64,000 bases of DNA from Bugula neritina (GCA_964035545.1 OZ037772.1:2046001-2110000), one strand, 5' to 3'; positions 12,801 to 27,307 are shown, counted from the stretch's first letter. Program-made: numbers and translations. The notes: generated from the sequence alone by a model not told the origin.

Positions 12801-13649
12801 TTTTTGCAGACACACAATTTTATAATTAACTGCTAGAAAATATGGTAATAAAAATGAAGACAGCTGTTATAATGTATTTCTCCTCCTAGCATTGATGATT
12901 GACATTCTTGTTTGATGAGTCACCTATTTAGTTTGTTTCTTCAGTTAAATGTTGCTACATTCTGACATATTATATAATGTTGGCTTTATTGCTGTTAGCT
13001 TACAGGGACAGGTACAAAAACAGCTCTGTTAGAGACTGTAGAGAACTTTTCACTGAAAACCCAGAGTTCAAGATAAAAATTTATTGGGTGAGAAAAATGC
13101 TGATATGTTTCTATTTTCTCTGCTCAGAGGAATTCTGTATCCAAGTCTGATGACTGAAATTCTGTGAACATGTTTTATATTTTGCAATTGCTACTCCTGA
13201 GATGTCAATATAATGTCATGTGAAGTTTCCACAGATATTTAATGAATTGTTGTTTAGAAATAAGAGTTTTTCCATGTGTTGCCTGTATTATATAATTCTG
13301 TATATTCAACAGCTGAACAGGTTTTAGTAGTTTTATTCGATATTAGCATTATGTTAGTGTGAAATAGAGAAGTTGTATTCTCTATCGTTTGTTGTCAGGT
13401 GGAGCCAGATGGTGGCTCCATAGCTAATGCTATCCAGGCTTACTGGCGCAAGGAAATGAAGAGCACTTGCATCAATGCCAAGACCTCTGAGTTTGCCACC
13501 AAGTCGTACGTCACCCAGCAGCTAGATAATCAGCCATCCGTTGCTTTAAACACATGGGAACAGCACTCGTAAGTGTTTATCTTGTATCAACCATGACTTT
13601 CTTAGTAAGAGTCAAGAATATCCAAGAGTTTTATGTTGATCATTGTCTC

Positions 13650-14245
13650 TATAGTAACATATTTGTATACTGTATGGATGTTGATAAGTGTTGCTATAGT
13701 AACATGTTGGTTTCCTGTATGAATGTTGATAAGTGTTGCTATAGTAACATGTTGGTTTCCTGTATGAATGTTGATAAGTGTTGCTATAGTAAGTTGTTGG
13801 TTTCCTGTATGGATGTTGATAAGTGTTGCTATAGTAACATGTTGGTTTCCTGTATGAATGTTGATAAGTGTTGCTATAGTAACTTGTTGGTTTCCTGTAT
13901 GGATGTTGATAAGTGTTGCTATAGTAACTTGTTGGTTTCCTGTATGGATGTTGATGGGTGTTGCTATAGTAACATGTTGGTTTCCTGTATGGATGTTGAT
14001 AAGTGTTGCTATAGTAACATGTTGGTTTCCTGTATGGATGTTGATAAGTGTTGCTATAGTAACCTGTTGGTTTCCTGTATGGATGTTGATAAGTGTTGCT
14101 ATAGTAACATGTTGGTTTCCTGTATGGATGTTGATAAGTGTTGCTATAGTAACCTGTTGGTTTCCTGTATGGATGTTGATAAGTGTTGCTATAGTAACCT
14201 GTTGGTTTCCTGTATGAATGTTGATAAGTGTTGCTATAGTAACAT
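13650..14245. repeat. 45-bp minisatellite, ~13 units
   Basis: Unit TTGATAAGTGTTGCTATAGTAACATGTTGGTTTCCTGTATGGATG; only ~2.5 units at the paralogous site ~62410-62535. Confidence 0.96.
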
Positions 14246-15442
14246 GCAGATTGCTATATCTATTTCATAAATCACCCAAAAAACAACAGGCTTCTTCTTG
14301 AGCTGAGTGATTTCTTTGCAGGATTTTTGCAAGGTATCTAAATCTGACCTATATACTGTAAATCTGACCTATATAGTGTAAACCTAACCTATAAAGCGTA
14401 AATTCGACCTGCATATGAACATGATTGCGATAGTTGCATCTTTTTTTGTATTAATATACAATATAGCTTGCCTTTCAGGCTTTTTAATAACTGCTCATGA
14501 GATTAACCCAAAAGCCACTTTGATTTCTGTGCAAGTTTAGAGTTTTTAGTTTGCCCTCTGCCATTTTGTAGTATGCCAAATCATCAGAAGCTCAGACGGC
14601 GATTGAGATTGACACCAAGACCGCCACCTACTTGCCTATTATTGACATTGCTCCTGGTGACATCGGGACCACCCACAAAGAGTTTGGGGTTCAGCTTGGA
14701 GAAGTCTGCTTTTCATAGACTCATACCTAACAACAGTTTTATTTGTCTGATTTGTAAAACTGTTCCTGATTAGATAATTAGTGGCCAATCAGAGAATGCA
14801 ATCAATGTTAGTTGGCTGAGACCAGCAGTCTGATTTTTATATAACCTAATTTTAAATGAAATATTTGATTACTCTAAATAAATTTATCCGAGACTTCTGA
14901 GGCAGTGATGGTGATTTTTGTACATATAAATTTGAAGAAGTTTAGCTATAGGGTTTATGCTGTTATTTTAATTATTCCACCATAACCTGAGATTGTGAGT
15001 AGTAATTGTAGAATGAGTTAGGGAGGGTATTATGCCCCTTCCTGTGATTTTATATATTTTGAAACTGTTGTTGATTTAGTAATTCTGTTGGTGCCACATT
15101 TTTAAATTTATTTAATCCAATCATTTCTTTAATATTGCAAAAAATATTTTACCATATGGCACTACACAACTTATTTCTCAGCTTGTAGATTTCATCATCA
15201 AAATTATTACAGTACTAAAGTTGGTCACAGATTTCTGATAAGCTGCAGTTTTCAGATTTGATTATTTAACCTATTCATCCTGAAATTAGACATTGTTGGT
15301 TTAAAATGGAGTGTAACATATATTTTAGTCACTTAGTTCCAACTGTGTTGACCATATCAACATTTTAAATTTTACTTTGGCTGCTATGAAGTATATAAGC
15401 AAATGGCATTAAGTTATTAATATATAATAAAGTTTACAAAGA

Positions 15443-15586
15443 CTTAATATACCAAGCAACTGTGACAAGACATGACAATAACTCCAGCCAATCATACATA
15501 GGACTCTGTTCAACTACCTTCAAAACCAGATTCAACAACCATAAAGCCTCTTTCCTACATGCAGATAAAACCAACAGCACACAACT

Positions 15587-15590
<4 letters not shown>
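15443..15590 (+). mobile_element. GIY-YIG endonuclease fragment, probably from a Penelope-like retroelement
   Basis: Translates [37 protein letters not shown]...STQL (IY...YIG...R...H pattern); cut off by a (TA)n run. Confidence 0.7.
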
Positions 15591-15591
<1 letters not shown>

Positions 15592-15675
<84 letters not shown>

Positions 15676-15743
15676 AGATTGAGATATATATATATATATA
15701 TATATATATTGAGATTGAGATATATATATATATATAATATATA
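15592..15743. repeat. Interrupted (TA)n microsatellite
   Basis: Direct read. Confidence 0.97.
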
Positions 15744-17979
15744 TGCGGCCCAGAGAGAAACTCAGTCATCATGAACTCCAATGTCAATAATTTGAATATA
15801 CTACAATAATACATATAGTATATTATTATTACTCTTTCAGGATAATCATTCTATTTATATTAACACCTGTTTATTTGAAGTAATTTAATAAGTTTTGCTG
15901 TAAATTTATTTCTCAAACCAGCATGTCAGTTAAATATAAAAGTACAATCACACATACAACAGATAAACATGCAGTGATATACATTATAAAGCATATCATG
16001 TTGGTGAAATGCTATACAGTATATTATGTTATACATTATATTATGTTATACAGTATATTATGTTATACAGTATATTATGTCATACAGTATACTATGTTAT
16101 ACAGTATATTATGTTATACAGTATATTATGTTATACATAGACTGGAGTATGATTTATTAATCCAATCAGATGCAAGTATGAACTGCGTGTTCCTGTAAAG
16201 TACAGCCAATCATAATCCTGTGCCAACTTTAGTGTCTCACAGTTAGTGAACTGCAAAAAAACCAACTCATTCACCACTATGTCAGTCAAATAATATGATA
16301 TAAAGTATACCTATTGTGTATAGCAACAGCTGGGCTGTGGTGAAACTCTACCAGTCTATATTCTTACACGCAGACATGCATATTTAATTAATTTAACATT
16401 TTAAAAATGAACTTAAAACTCAAGAATTTAAAATATGAAACAAAATAATGTGTCCTATAAAAATAGCACAGCTTCTTAGAAGCAAGTATTTTACACTTGA
16501 ACATGCAGAGTTTGTACAGCTTATAATGGTGACATTGTTGAATTGATACACACCTCTGATTGGATGAGTTTTACATAATAAAACAATTGTTCATCACTTT
16601 TATTATTAGTCTAAGGTTGACAATAATTTACACTGTTAGTTATTGGTTGTAAACTGATTAGTTCATCATTAAGTACTTGTTTGCTGCTGCCTGGTTTATA
16701 ACTGCTTATCAAAATTTTAATAACAAGGACATTATCTTCTCTTGTTGTCTCCAGGTGCTACTGTATTTGACAGGTTTCCCTGTTAATAAAGTAATCTTAT
16801 ACTGATACTGATGACATCCACAAATACTTGTGTAGGGGAACAATTGACTCTTCTCTACAACAGGAAAAGAATTGGTAAGACACGTACCAATAATATTACA
16901 TAGCTTATTTTATCAATTTACTTATCCTTAATTTTATTGATTAAAAGTTACTTGCATGTAGGCTATTTTATAAATTGTTCCTATTAGACTAATTTTAGTG
17001 TACCTATACAATACTAGGATTACATACGACTGTGGGATTATGCGGAGTACACATTAAATCATAGACAGTGTCAATAATAGTTACGGTAGATTTTGCTCTT
17101 GGTGAGTTTGTTGGAAGAATTTACAGTCCAGTTCTTCGTGATGGAAAATTTTAATCTGCAGAGCAACTCTAGTTAAAAAACTGTACATCTAAAGTTTGTT
17201 ACTTCAAGTACTATACAAATATTATTATTAGCTTGACATTTCTTATCATTAAGGGGTGTTTAATATAAATATAATACTTGAGGTAAACATTCTCATGTGA
17301 TATAATGTAACCTGAAGTTATATCATATGACTTGACTATCTCTACTAGAGTTAGGGTGGGTCACCAGACAGCCCACACATATCCATACACTACATCACAT
17401 ACTGTAGGAAAACAGGGCTAATGTAATAAGTATGGAATAGTTGACCCAGCAGTTAGATACTTTGGTATAGAGACTCTAACTTTCTAGTATTAGAATATAA
17501 ATATTACTCTAAAGATTTGGTATATCAGAGAGCCAGTCACTCAACACCAATTATAAACTTGGTTGTCTCAATCAGAGCTGGTCTCTGTGTATTTCAGTTT
17601 GTTTTAAAGGATCTCTGAATCTTCCCCAGTCATTATATGAGCTGCCTTTAAATATATACAATAGTTTTAATACAATACAAAGACAATTATTGTTAACACA
17701 TGTCAAGTAATAGAACAGGAATAAGGCCTCTCTGGTAGTTATTTGAATATCTACTTAAGAAGTATAACTAAATATACAATAATAACTACATATCTAGAAA
17801 CATGCAGAATATTATACTTGAAGAAATCTCTTGTAACAAAGTATTGTTACATAACTGGAAAATAGAGAAACTATATTTCACAATTCAGAACACAATCTGC
17901 AATCAGCATTCAGTGCTGAAATTAAGCAAAAGCGATGACAGTTGTTATATGAATATAATAATATCATGATGTAAATAAT

Positions 17980-18092
17980 GGTAGGTCACGTGACTCAACA
18001 GATACACGCCCCTTCTGCTGTAACATTATAACGTCATTGAACACAGTCATTCACACGTTGACTGAAGAGGACTACACATTGATAACTCGGAG
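17980..18092 (+). promoter_or_regulatory. Candidate promoter and non-coding first exon of the TRIM gene
   Basis: Palindromic E-box GTCACGTGAC (17985-17994) overlapping TGACTCA; donor-like GAG|GTTAGT at 18092/18093. The ATG exon has an acceptor (TTTTACAG) at 19582, which implies an upstream UTR exon. Confidence 0.4.
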
Positions 18093-19605
18093 GTTAGTAT
18101 AACATTTATAGACTTAGTTTATCAATAGTCGGCAATCAGTATAAGTATTACATTTACTACATTACTATAACTATTAGTATTAGAATTAGATTCAGTGTTG
18201 CAATCAGTTTTAATACCACGCTCGCTACCATCATCATTAAATTTATTTAAAATGATTATCTTAACAAGTTATACTTATAGTAGGTTTATTAATATTATTA
18301 TTTATAACCAGTGAGTCACTTATCTTTACTTTGTGAATTTATGATTGTAACACTGAATAGCATTATCATCATTATAATTATAATAATAGTTATAATTATG
18401 TTTGCAAGTTTTTAAATTAATGTTACACTTAGTGACTTACTCGATTTGAATATCAGAATATCTTACCACTGGCACTAGTCAGTTATTAATGACAGTGCAT
18501 AGTGATAGTGATCACTGCATGTGAGACATTGTCATACCCTGCACATCCCAATGCACTGCCCTTCTGTATTCATTGTGAATAGCATATTTAGTTGGCTTAT
18601 ATTATTTTACTCAGCTTTGATTATACAACTAACATGTACTGCACTGCTCTAATTTATGTAACAACACTAGTTGCTGCTATCTTTACCTCTAAATTTATAT
18701 CATTTAAAAAACTAACATATTTACATGATAGGTATTAAAATTAAAGTTACATAATTGGAATTGACTATTCTATAGATTACTGAGAATATAAGGTTAGCCG
18801 CATTTATATGATGTTGTAGACATAAAATATGAGGTTAGTGTTAACAAATCATTTGCTAGGTAAGAGTGTAGAATAAATAATTTGCTAGAGATGAGTGTAG
18901 AAGCTGCCAACTCATGAAACAACTACACCTGACCTAACAGAAGCACAAAAATGTTAAATTAGTATGTTTCACACCACCATAGTTTCTATTAGATGATTAG
19001 AATAGCAAACTAGCAGTTAATGGCATGTTTCCTGACTTATGGAAGGGTGACTCTAAGTAACATATTGAATCATGCATCACCAACACTGCAGAAATGTTAA
19101 AATGAGTTTTGTCATGTAGATTATTGAGAAAACAAAAAAATTTTAACACCTAGTACAAACTATTTCATAGAACTATGTTTTCTCACACTGCTATGTTCCC
19201 CCTGGTTAGTTTCTCACGCATGCTATACACTCCTTGCTATGTAATAGTTCAAAGTACACCCTGGGAAAGAACAAAGTCTATCCTATGCTCAGGTGTGGAC
19301 TCTGTCCCAGTAGTGTGTCAAAATACTCAGTTAGAAACACATTATTATTGGGAGTTCATGAAGTCTCCAGCTTATATAAGCAGCTGAGCCCAATTCTGCT
19401 GTTTGTTCATGAAATTAATACATAACTCACCGGTATTCATGTTTTACTTCTCCTCTTCATATTGATGGTCTGGTTATGACTTAGAAGTTAATGTGTCAGT
19501 CTTTGGTTGGGAAGGTGAAGGACAAACCTTCACAGATGTAGTGTAAAATATTATGCTAAGAGTATATGTGCATCTTTTACAGGATTTCCTTATCATATAA
19601 CCAAG

Positions 19606-22600
19606 ATGGCAGAATCCAGAGTCGTGAAAAAGAGACTAAACAATTCGTATCGCTGTGGGTACTGCTCGCAGTACTTCAACAAACTTGAAGATCCCAGAAC
19701 TCTGCCCTGTCTGCATGTGTACTGCATGAGATGTTTGAAGACTGACATAGGTGGTAGGAAGGATCATATCAGATGTGCTTATTGTAGGTGAGTTACAGTA
19801 CATAACACAATATATCATGTCATAGGCTTGCGTATGACTTTCTCACTATCATCTAGGAGTTGTCTGATCTGTGTCTATGAAAAGCAAACAATACTGTATA
19901 TTCTATGTGAACTCTGGTTACTAACTTGTGGAGTGTGTGGATATCTTTTCATTAGGTAGAGAAAATATCTGTTATGTAGATTGCACCATCAGCTGTCCTC
20001 TCTTGTTGAATTGTGGTGCTGTTGGATGTCATGAGATTGGGGTTGTCTCCTCATTATATTTCTTTGTTCTCATACAGTACAAGACTTGTTAGAGCAGTCA
20101 TTCCCAATCTTTTTCATACCATTCCCACTTTCATACATGTTTACTGTTGATTTCCCTCCCTTTTGACAATCGGAAATTTTTATGAGTGACAAAATGATAA
20201 TATAGATTACAATGCAATATTTTTCCATTACATTTGAATACAATATAGTTATTTCTGATAATTATATTATGCATGTGTAAAACACAGAGCAGTTCAATTA
20301 ATGATATTATGGCTGCAGCTGATGACATTGTACCAGCTTGCTTTCAAACCTCCCACCCCAACCCTTAAACCCCAACCCCAAAATTGAAATTAAAAACACA
20401 TTCATGTAGAAGTAGACTGAGATGGCAGAACTGGTTAAATGGATAAGCTAAGATGAAGGCTTATAGATATACATGTACATGTAACTTGCAAGGGCTCAAA
20501 GTCTTCAACAAACTGCTTGAAATTTTTGAAATCAAAATCTCAGCTCTCCCTAAAAAGCCCAAATTCCCTCTTAGAAGAATCCCCCAGGTTGGGAACCACT
20601 GTGTTGAATTGACTTGTGTTTACCATCTTCTTTCCTGTGATTAAAAACATGTATGATGTTGTCATGACAACACAGTTGCTGTAGCACAAAGTACAGTTTA
20701 CTAGTATATAGTGATTGTGTAGTGAGAGTGGAGTGTCTGGTTATTGTCCATGGTTATGTGTAATCTGTAAGGAGTAGAATTATATTATTTTAATATAATG
20801 TTGAGAGAGGTACTTTTATAATGGCAGTTTGCTAAATAGCTTTAGTTCTAATGCCATAGACTCATAGCTCTGGAGTCTAGCAGCTGCTACTATTACCACT
20901 AGCTGTTCAAAGTTCTGCCAACATCCGGGCTGCCAAAGTGTAATAGCCATTGGCAAGGCCAAGCAGTCACTGGGAAATTATTTGACTAAAGAGCAGGTCT
21001 TATGACAATTAGTAGTCAGTCCCTTAGACAGGAAACAGTGATTCTGTGACCTATTTACTTAAATCCAGAGCTGAACTTTTGATTGATTGTTAGATGGCCA
21101 CCACAATTTTAGTTGATACAATATAATAATATGGGGTGTCAATCAGTGTGTAATATAATCTGTGAATTGAGTGTCTCCTTTAGCTTTGATGAGTTGATTA
21201 TTTCTTCTACCATCAGTCAGTTGTATTGAGTGTTACTTGGTACTGAGTGATGAATAGTGTTGAGGATTTGGGCCTATATTATGCCAACCCCCCCCCCTCT
21301 GACTTAGACTGAGACCCAGCCTGCTGCACATACATAGTAGTACTACACTGAAGATAGTTAACATGTGTATGTGTCGCCCTACTGGTAATGGATTACCAAC
21401 TAGAGATAGATAAAGAGATAGACAACACTCATACGTGACACGCACTCACAGTGCACTAGCTCTTGACACATTGCCAAGGATAATGAAATGACAGTTTCGG
21501 CCACTCCTAGCAGTTAGAGTGGCAGGAATAGTTGTAGTATGTTGTAGTATTGGCTCCTCAGAATTCACTCCTCAGTAATTAGTTGCATTGCACAAACTTG
21601 CAACAATAGTGAATAATTATTGACAATATGGCCTCCACTCAGTAGTTGACTAGTAATTTGTCTTGTCATGAGTGATTATTTTCCAGCATATTAGGTACAT
21701 AATATAGTCAAGTGTGTTTATGTGGTAGCCTGTGGTCTATATAATGATTGTGTGTTGGTGAGTGATGAGTATTTATTTGAGTATTTGTCAAGGACATACA
21801 CTGCCTTTCCATGAAGGCGAATGAATGCGTACGGATGCCCGTACGGATTACATCGAAGGAAAAACCACACATTCCTATGCAACCCGTATGAAGTTATCTT
21901 CTCTTTGCAATTGTGACTGCTGAACTAAAATGATAATTAATATGGCCAACTTTGAGTTTGAGTTCATGCACGATGGCAATTTTTTAACTCTGTCCCCACT
22001 TTTGATAGATTAAATCAATCAAATACACAAACTTTGAGTCAGTTCATTTAAAATAAAAAAGCATAAACCGATGAAAGCATAAAGTATTTCTCGGTCGATA
22101 AACTTAAGCTTTAAAATAATTTAAATTTTCAAAATGAAAATAGCTGTCAACTTATTTTTAGCTTGGGAAAGCTTTGGCTTACGAAAAATTTTACAAATTT
22201 AAGATGATTAGTAACTATTCTAAATAATAGCAGCTATAATAAATAAAATAATTTAAATTTTTAAAAGCTGAAGTACACTTTAGCGTAGGTTGTAACTTAT
22301 AATTCTTGTCTACATCGCGTAGCCGCCACAAATGCTGATCTCTGCCTCCGGCACAAAAGGTTTCATTCGATTTAACCGAAGGAACCATTACCATCATGAG
22401 CATAATGCGAAGGAAATTTTTCATCGGTGTAACTTCCGGCTGCGGTTTTGCTTCGATGCAACTGTTTCCATAGGGCGAATGAGAAAATCCATTCGCATAA
22501 TGCGATAATGGAAACGCAGTGATAGCTGTGTGTGTGGATGGAGTATTTCATTACTTGAGATATACTAAACACAGCTAACACATGTAACATACTGATTGCT

Positions 22601-25600
22601 ATATATTGTAGGAAAGATCACTATGACATCACAGATCCCACAACACTACCAGTAGCTCAGCATGGAGACCCGTTGGAATACAAGTCTCCACCCAAACCTG
22701 CACCCATTCCCTGCGATGTGTGTAAAGGTGAAACACAAGCTGCTGTGTTTTGTCTTGAGAGTCAAAAAAAATTATGTCAGCAGCATCAAGAAGTGAGTCT
22801 TTCTTATATAATTTCTCAAGATTAGTTACTAAACCAGTTCTGGTTTGTGTGTAGAATATTATTGAAAAGAAATGTTGACTCTGTAGGACTTTTTATACTA
22901 AACACACAGTTTCACAGTGCAGTGAGTCAACTATGACAGACTTGTTGGTGAACATACAACCAACTAAATTGTTGACCTTTATTATACAGAATCACAGAGA
23001 GCTGATAGGAGATAGACATCAGTTTATTGACATTGAGGTCTACAGAGCTTCTCCCCAAAGATATACTATAACTGAATGTGAACATCATAAACAGGAACAG
23101 CTGACAGAAGTGTGTTCCAAGTGTCACCAGATATTCTGTATGAGATGTGATATGAGGACTGGCTGTAAGGATAAGACAGGTATTTACTTGCTGTTTCTAT
23201 TTCTGTAGAAAGAAACTGAGAAATATTACAAGAACCTGTTATTTATTATTTTATTATTAAAGTGAGTTATGTAACAGTAAAAGAGGAAGTAAGTTTGTCA
23301 ACATTTAGGTTTGTGTGAGACAGAAGTGGATAGTGCAGGAGTTTATATTCTCACTGTTATGTTGAATATTTAGTATATTTCATCCTTCAAGTGTCTGTTT
23401 CCTTGATAAGATGGTATAGGCATAGCTTTAACTCAGTAGTGTCGCACCTTCTTCATACCATCCCTTTTTTTATAAATGTTTTCTATTAAGTTTCTCCCTT
23501 TTGATAAAATTGTAAGTTCTATTTATATTTATAAAGAAAATCTGGGACAGGTTGTTTTCCTAATAATTAATTGAGTGTAGGAAAAGGCCAGTGTGTTTGA
23601 CATGAATTAGTGTCTGCCACAACTTCAGTTCAGCTTTAAAAACATTGATGCTGGTATTAAAAGCAGTGAGTTGATGATTATACTCATTCATTTAAGGTTC
23701 ATGTGTTTTAGTACAGCAAATATATCTACTAGGTATGAAGTAAATAGTTTATGGAGATCAGTTTGACTGACTGCAAAAAACTTGCTGTTGGTTTTTACTT
23801 TCAAGAAGCTTTTTAACCTCCATTCGTAGTAGAAAGGGTAGCAGCTAGGGTAGAAAAGGAAAAGACACTTTGTGTTTGACATGGCCCAGTGTCTGCCACA
23901 ACTTGAGTTTAGTTATAGTTATACATATACATGTAACCTGGAAAACAAGGCAAGAGCTCAAAGAGCTAGTAAACTGTGTGAAATTTTTAGAAATGAAACC
24001 CCCTAAAAAGCCTAAATTCCCTGCAAAGGGGAAATTCCACTAAGGCTGGGAGCCACTGCTTTAACTTTTCCAATTATATTATTCCAAGTGCAGTGAATAA
24101 TGAGTTAACCTGTGATATCTTTCTAGTCCAATGCTTTTATGAATCGTGTGATTTTATGTATACAGAGGAGACAGTAGCATCCCATGACTTGGCATCTTTG
24201 AGTGATTTGTCTTGTGAGTTACGAGAAAGTCTGACTGGTGGAATAGAGACTCTGTCTGAGAAAGTTGCAGAGTTGAATGACATCTCAAAGGATGCCTGGA
24301 AAGAACTGAATAAAATAGAAGATGAAGTGAAGAAGATGGTTGCCAGAGTAAACGCTGCAGCTGACACTCAGGTATGCTGACATGGTGATGTCATCTAATG
24401 TATTTCTGGTTGGCTGAAATTAGGTTTTGCATTTGGTTTTTGAGTTGTAAATAGAAATGAATTTCATTTGCCACTAGAATTAACTGACCATTAAAGCATT
24501 ATTATTCTGTGAACAAGTAGCAGTAGTCATTCATCACATGTTACTCAGTGCAGAGGAACCTGTCAATACAGATGACTCACTCATCCTTCTGCAACTGTCA
24601 ATCACTCGCACAGGGAAGTTGGCTGTCTGAGTGATTGACAGGTGTCAGAGGGAGGAGACTAGTCACGTGATGTACTAGCTCTCTGCTGTGTATAGAGTGT
24701 CACGTGACTGAGTCATTGTCCACTCAGTGGGTGATCTGTCACTTTCATTTCAAGTGCAGCGGTTGTGAGGTGCAGATGTGGTTACACTGTGTTACTATTT
24801 ATTAGATAGAGGAGATTAGAAAGAGAGCTACAAACCTGAGGCTAGAAATATATGGATATTTGAAGAGCTGCACACAGATAGTGGATAATTATAGAATAGA
24901 GCTGGCCTTGAGTAAGACAATGGGCAGACAGTCTCTGCTGGACACAGTACAACATGCAGTTGATAAGTTCAATGATGCAGGGATTGTGAGAGACTACAAA
25001 GAGATGAGTGAGAAGATGGAAAAGGCTACAGATATTGGTGTAATAGAGAAGTGTGTACTTCCAGACAGCATCTTGGTACCAACATGTAGGTGGAGTCTAT
25101 AAATAGTAACACTAACTATAAATAACTTTCTGCTTGTAATTAGTTGAATTGTTTTGATTGAATATTTGAATAGGAGAATAAGTAGATAGAGTTTATTTAT
25201 TAGAGATTGAGTTTTGTTTTACTCTCATATTATGAGACATTTCTGCAGTGTTTCAGAGTTTATGATGTATAAGTGAGCTGCTAAACTGTGTTATGCTGAC
25301 TACCTGCTGTCAGTATTAACAAGATATTCTCACTTAGACCTGTGCATCACGTAGCAACTTGTAGTAACTACAGACTGCTTGTATTTAAAACATCTTTTTA
25401 TTTTAGGTTTGAAAATCTGTTCCCACCTCCTCAGGTGATGAGATTCTCAAGTTATAGAATTGTTATTTTGTTGTTGCAGACAGTGAAGACAGTCTGGGAC
25501 TGAAGCTGCTGCAGCCACCATCTTCTCTACAGTCTGATGGACTTCCTGTACGTGACTGGTGTGCCACAATAAACATCTCAGCTGATGGACATCTGATGTG

Positions 25601-27307
25601 TCGGACACGAGGAGGTGTAGAAGTAATAAAAAGAGAAACTCTGGATACTATCAGCTCAGTGAAACAAACCAACACTACAGGGTGGTGGGAGATAATCCAA
25701 CCTGAAGGGGTGATGGTTGGCAGCTGGTATAACAGAGAGGAGAAAACAGCTGAAGTCTCACTTCTTGATCCGAACTCCTTTGAGAAGACTCGCTCTCTCT
25801 ACAAGCATTCAGTAGATAAACCCTTCACTTACTATAGAATAGCTCAGCACGACTCACTGCTCTATATTGTAGACACGAGTGAGAAACAGCTGGTAGTCTG
25901 TAACCTAGTTGACAATAAAATACAGAAGTTCCCACTTCCTGAGATGGAGTTCCCTCACCCTGTATGCATCCTCCCAGACTCAACTCTCCTCATAGGAGAC
26001 CGTACTGCAGATGGTAAAGTGAGAAGATATAAAGTGGAGAACACAACTCTCTCTCTAATGTGGGAGTTTCCTCACATCTCATATCCATCTGGTATTTCCT
26101 TTGATCCAACATCTGAACTGATTCACATCTGTACATGGGAAGGACCTCTCCTCATCCTCTCACTTGAAGGTAAATACTCTGTTTATTATAGTAAGTTTAG
26201 TTATTTTATATATAATTATGTTGTAGTAAATAATATATTTTAATAATTAACAGTAAACAACTTCCACTCATGAGATATATTATGTTATTGTTAGTATTTA
26301 TCAAGTCACTGATGTTATTTTTAGCTAAAAGTTATGTAATAAAGACTGTAACATGCTGATAGTAGATGCTATATTCTTCATCACATGACTTGTAGCTAAT
26401 AATAATATTAGTGAATAATACTGTCTCCCTGCAATAAGTTTATTTCCAGCTGCAGTAACATGCAGGATGTAAGCACAGGTAAAAGTGTGTATTATATTGT
26501 ATGGGTTTAAGGTGTACTCTGTGTAGTGTGCAGTGAGCTCTTAGTAAACTCGCTTTTTAGTCTTCCTTTCCAAGGGTTCACCTGGTAGAGTAGAGGATAG
26601 GGACTCCACACTGCTAAGTGAGTTGGTGCTGCAAGGGGTTCAAACCCACCTATCAGCGTGTCTAGTTAGTATACTATGCAAGTTTTTTACAGTAGTTTTA
26701 GAGGTGCTCAGTCTAACAACTGTACAGACTGCCAGCTACACATGAGTTATGAGTTGTAGTTTGACTTCAGTCTAGTGCTGCTGTTGTTTTGGTCATCAGA
26801 TAATTTAAATATGAATAATTTGATACTTTTTGACTGCCATTACTGAGACTATTGTAATTTGATGATGGCTGGTAGAGCAGTGTTTGCTGGTTGAACTCAA
26901 GTGGCTGTGGTTGGTTCTTGTCAAGTATTTAATATGTGATAATGTTGGAGTAGCTGCAGTAGTAGTAATAGAAGTAGACATGTGGGTGTGTTCATGCTAA
27001 GAGCCACAGGCTAAGTTTGTGAGTCAAGGTCAATGCAGTTGTATAAGGAGACACTATTTTTTATTTGAATATTTACTTCATACATATAACCTGCTTAGTT
27101 CCATCTTTAGAGGCAGTCTGTCTGTTTCTCTCAATACACACCAACTGATACAATATGATGCTATTATTTACAGGTCAACTGGTGCTTACTGTTCCCAGAG
27201 AAAGTCTTGGTGTGAGTGGCAGGGTGGGGTACATTGCTGTGTATGACAGAGACACAGTGTTTCTAGCATGTGAAGATGGTCTGAAGAGATACACAATAAA
27301 ATACTAA
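19606..27307 (+). CDS. TRIM-like E3 ligase: RING, two B-box-like domains, coiled coil, NHL-like beta-propeller (~620 aa, 7 coding exons)
   Basis: Exons 19606-19787, 22612-22792, 22990-23179, 24166-24371, 24806-25085, 25480-26169, 27174-27307; all GT-AG and phase-compatible, 1863 nt with no internal stop. RING: CGYC...LPCLHVYCMRC...CAYC. B-boxes: CDVC...FC...LCQQH and CEHH...CSKCHQIFCMRC. AATAAA at 27484-27489. Confidence 0.9.
20095..20601. mobile_element. hAT/Charlie-like MITE (degenerate); related 3' fragment at ~23930-24058
   Basis: Ends CAGTCATTCCCAA...TTGGGAACCACTG; flanks TGTTAGAG/TGTTGAAT match only partly. Confidence 0.55.
21799..22521. mobile_element. Non-autonomous DNA transposon with CACTG termini and 3-bp TSD
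   Basis: TIR CACTGCCTTTCCAT / ATGGAAACGCAGTG (13/14 match); flanked by ATA on both sides. Confidence 0.8.

Larger units (their letters stand above)
7429..14718 (+). pseudogene. Cys-rich exons plus fibrillar collagen (Gly-X-Y, COLFI) pseudogene, copy A
   Basis: Cys-rich exons 7429-7614, ~7844-7928, ~8206-8352. Gly-X-Y exons ~10.15-12.46 kb carry Gly substitutions and frameshifts. COLFI remnants at ~13010-13088, ~13399-13569 and 14572-14718 (LPIIDIAPGDIG...FGVQLGEVCFS*). Several exons present in copy B are deleted here. Confidence 0.85.
6905..15385 (+). repeat. Segmental duplication copy A (paralog of ~54250-64000)
   Basis: Colinear, near-identical introns and exons, e.g. 7413-7640 vs 54663-54890, 10758-10967 vs 59268-59477, 14520-15385 vs 63138-64000. 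Confidence 0.95.

Noticed and set aside
13554-14270. 238-aa Cys-rich repetitive ORF (MDVDKCCYSNMLVSC)n
   Set aside because: Translation of a 45-bp intronic minisatellite; unit number differs greatly in the paralogous copy; no exon signals.
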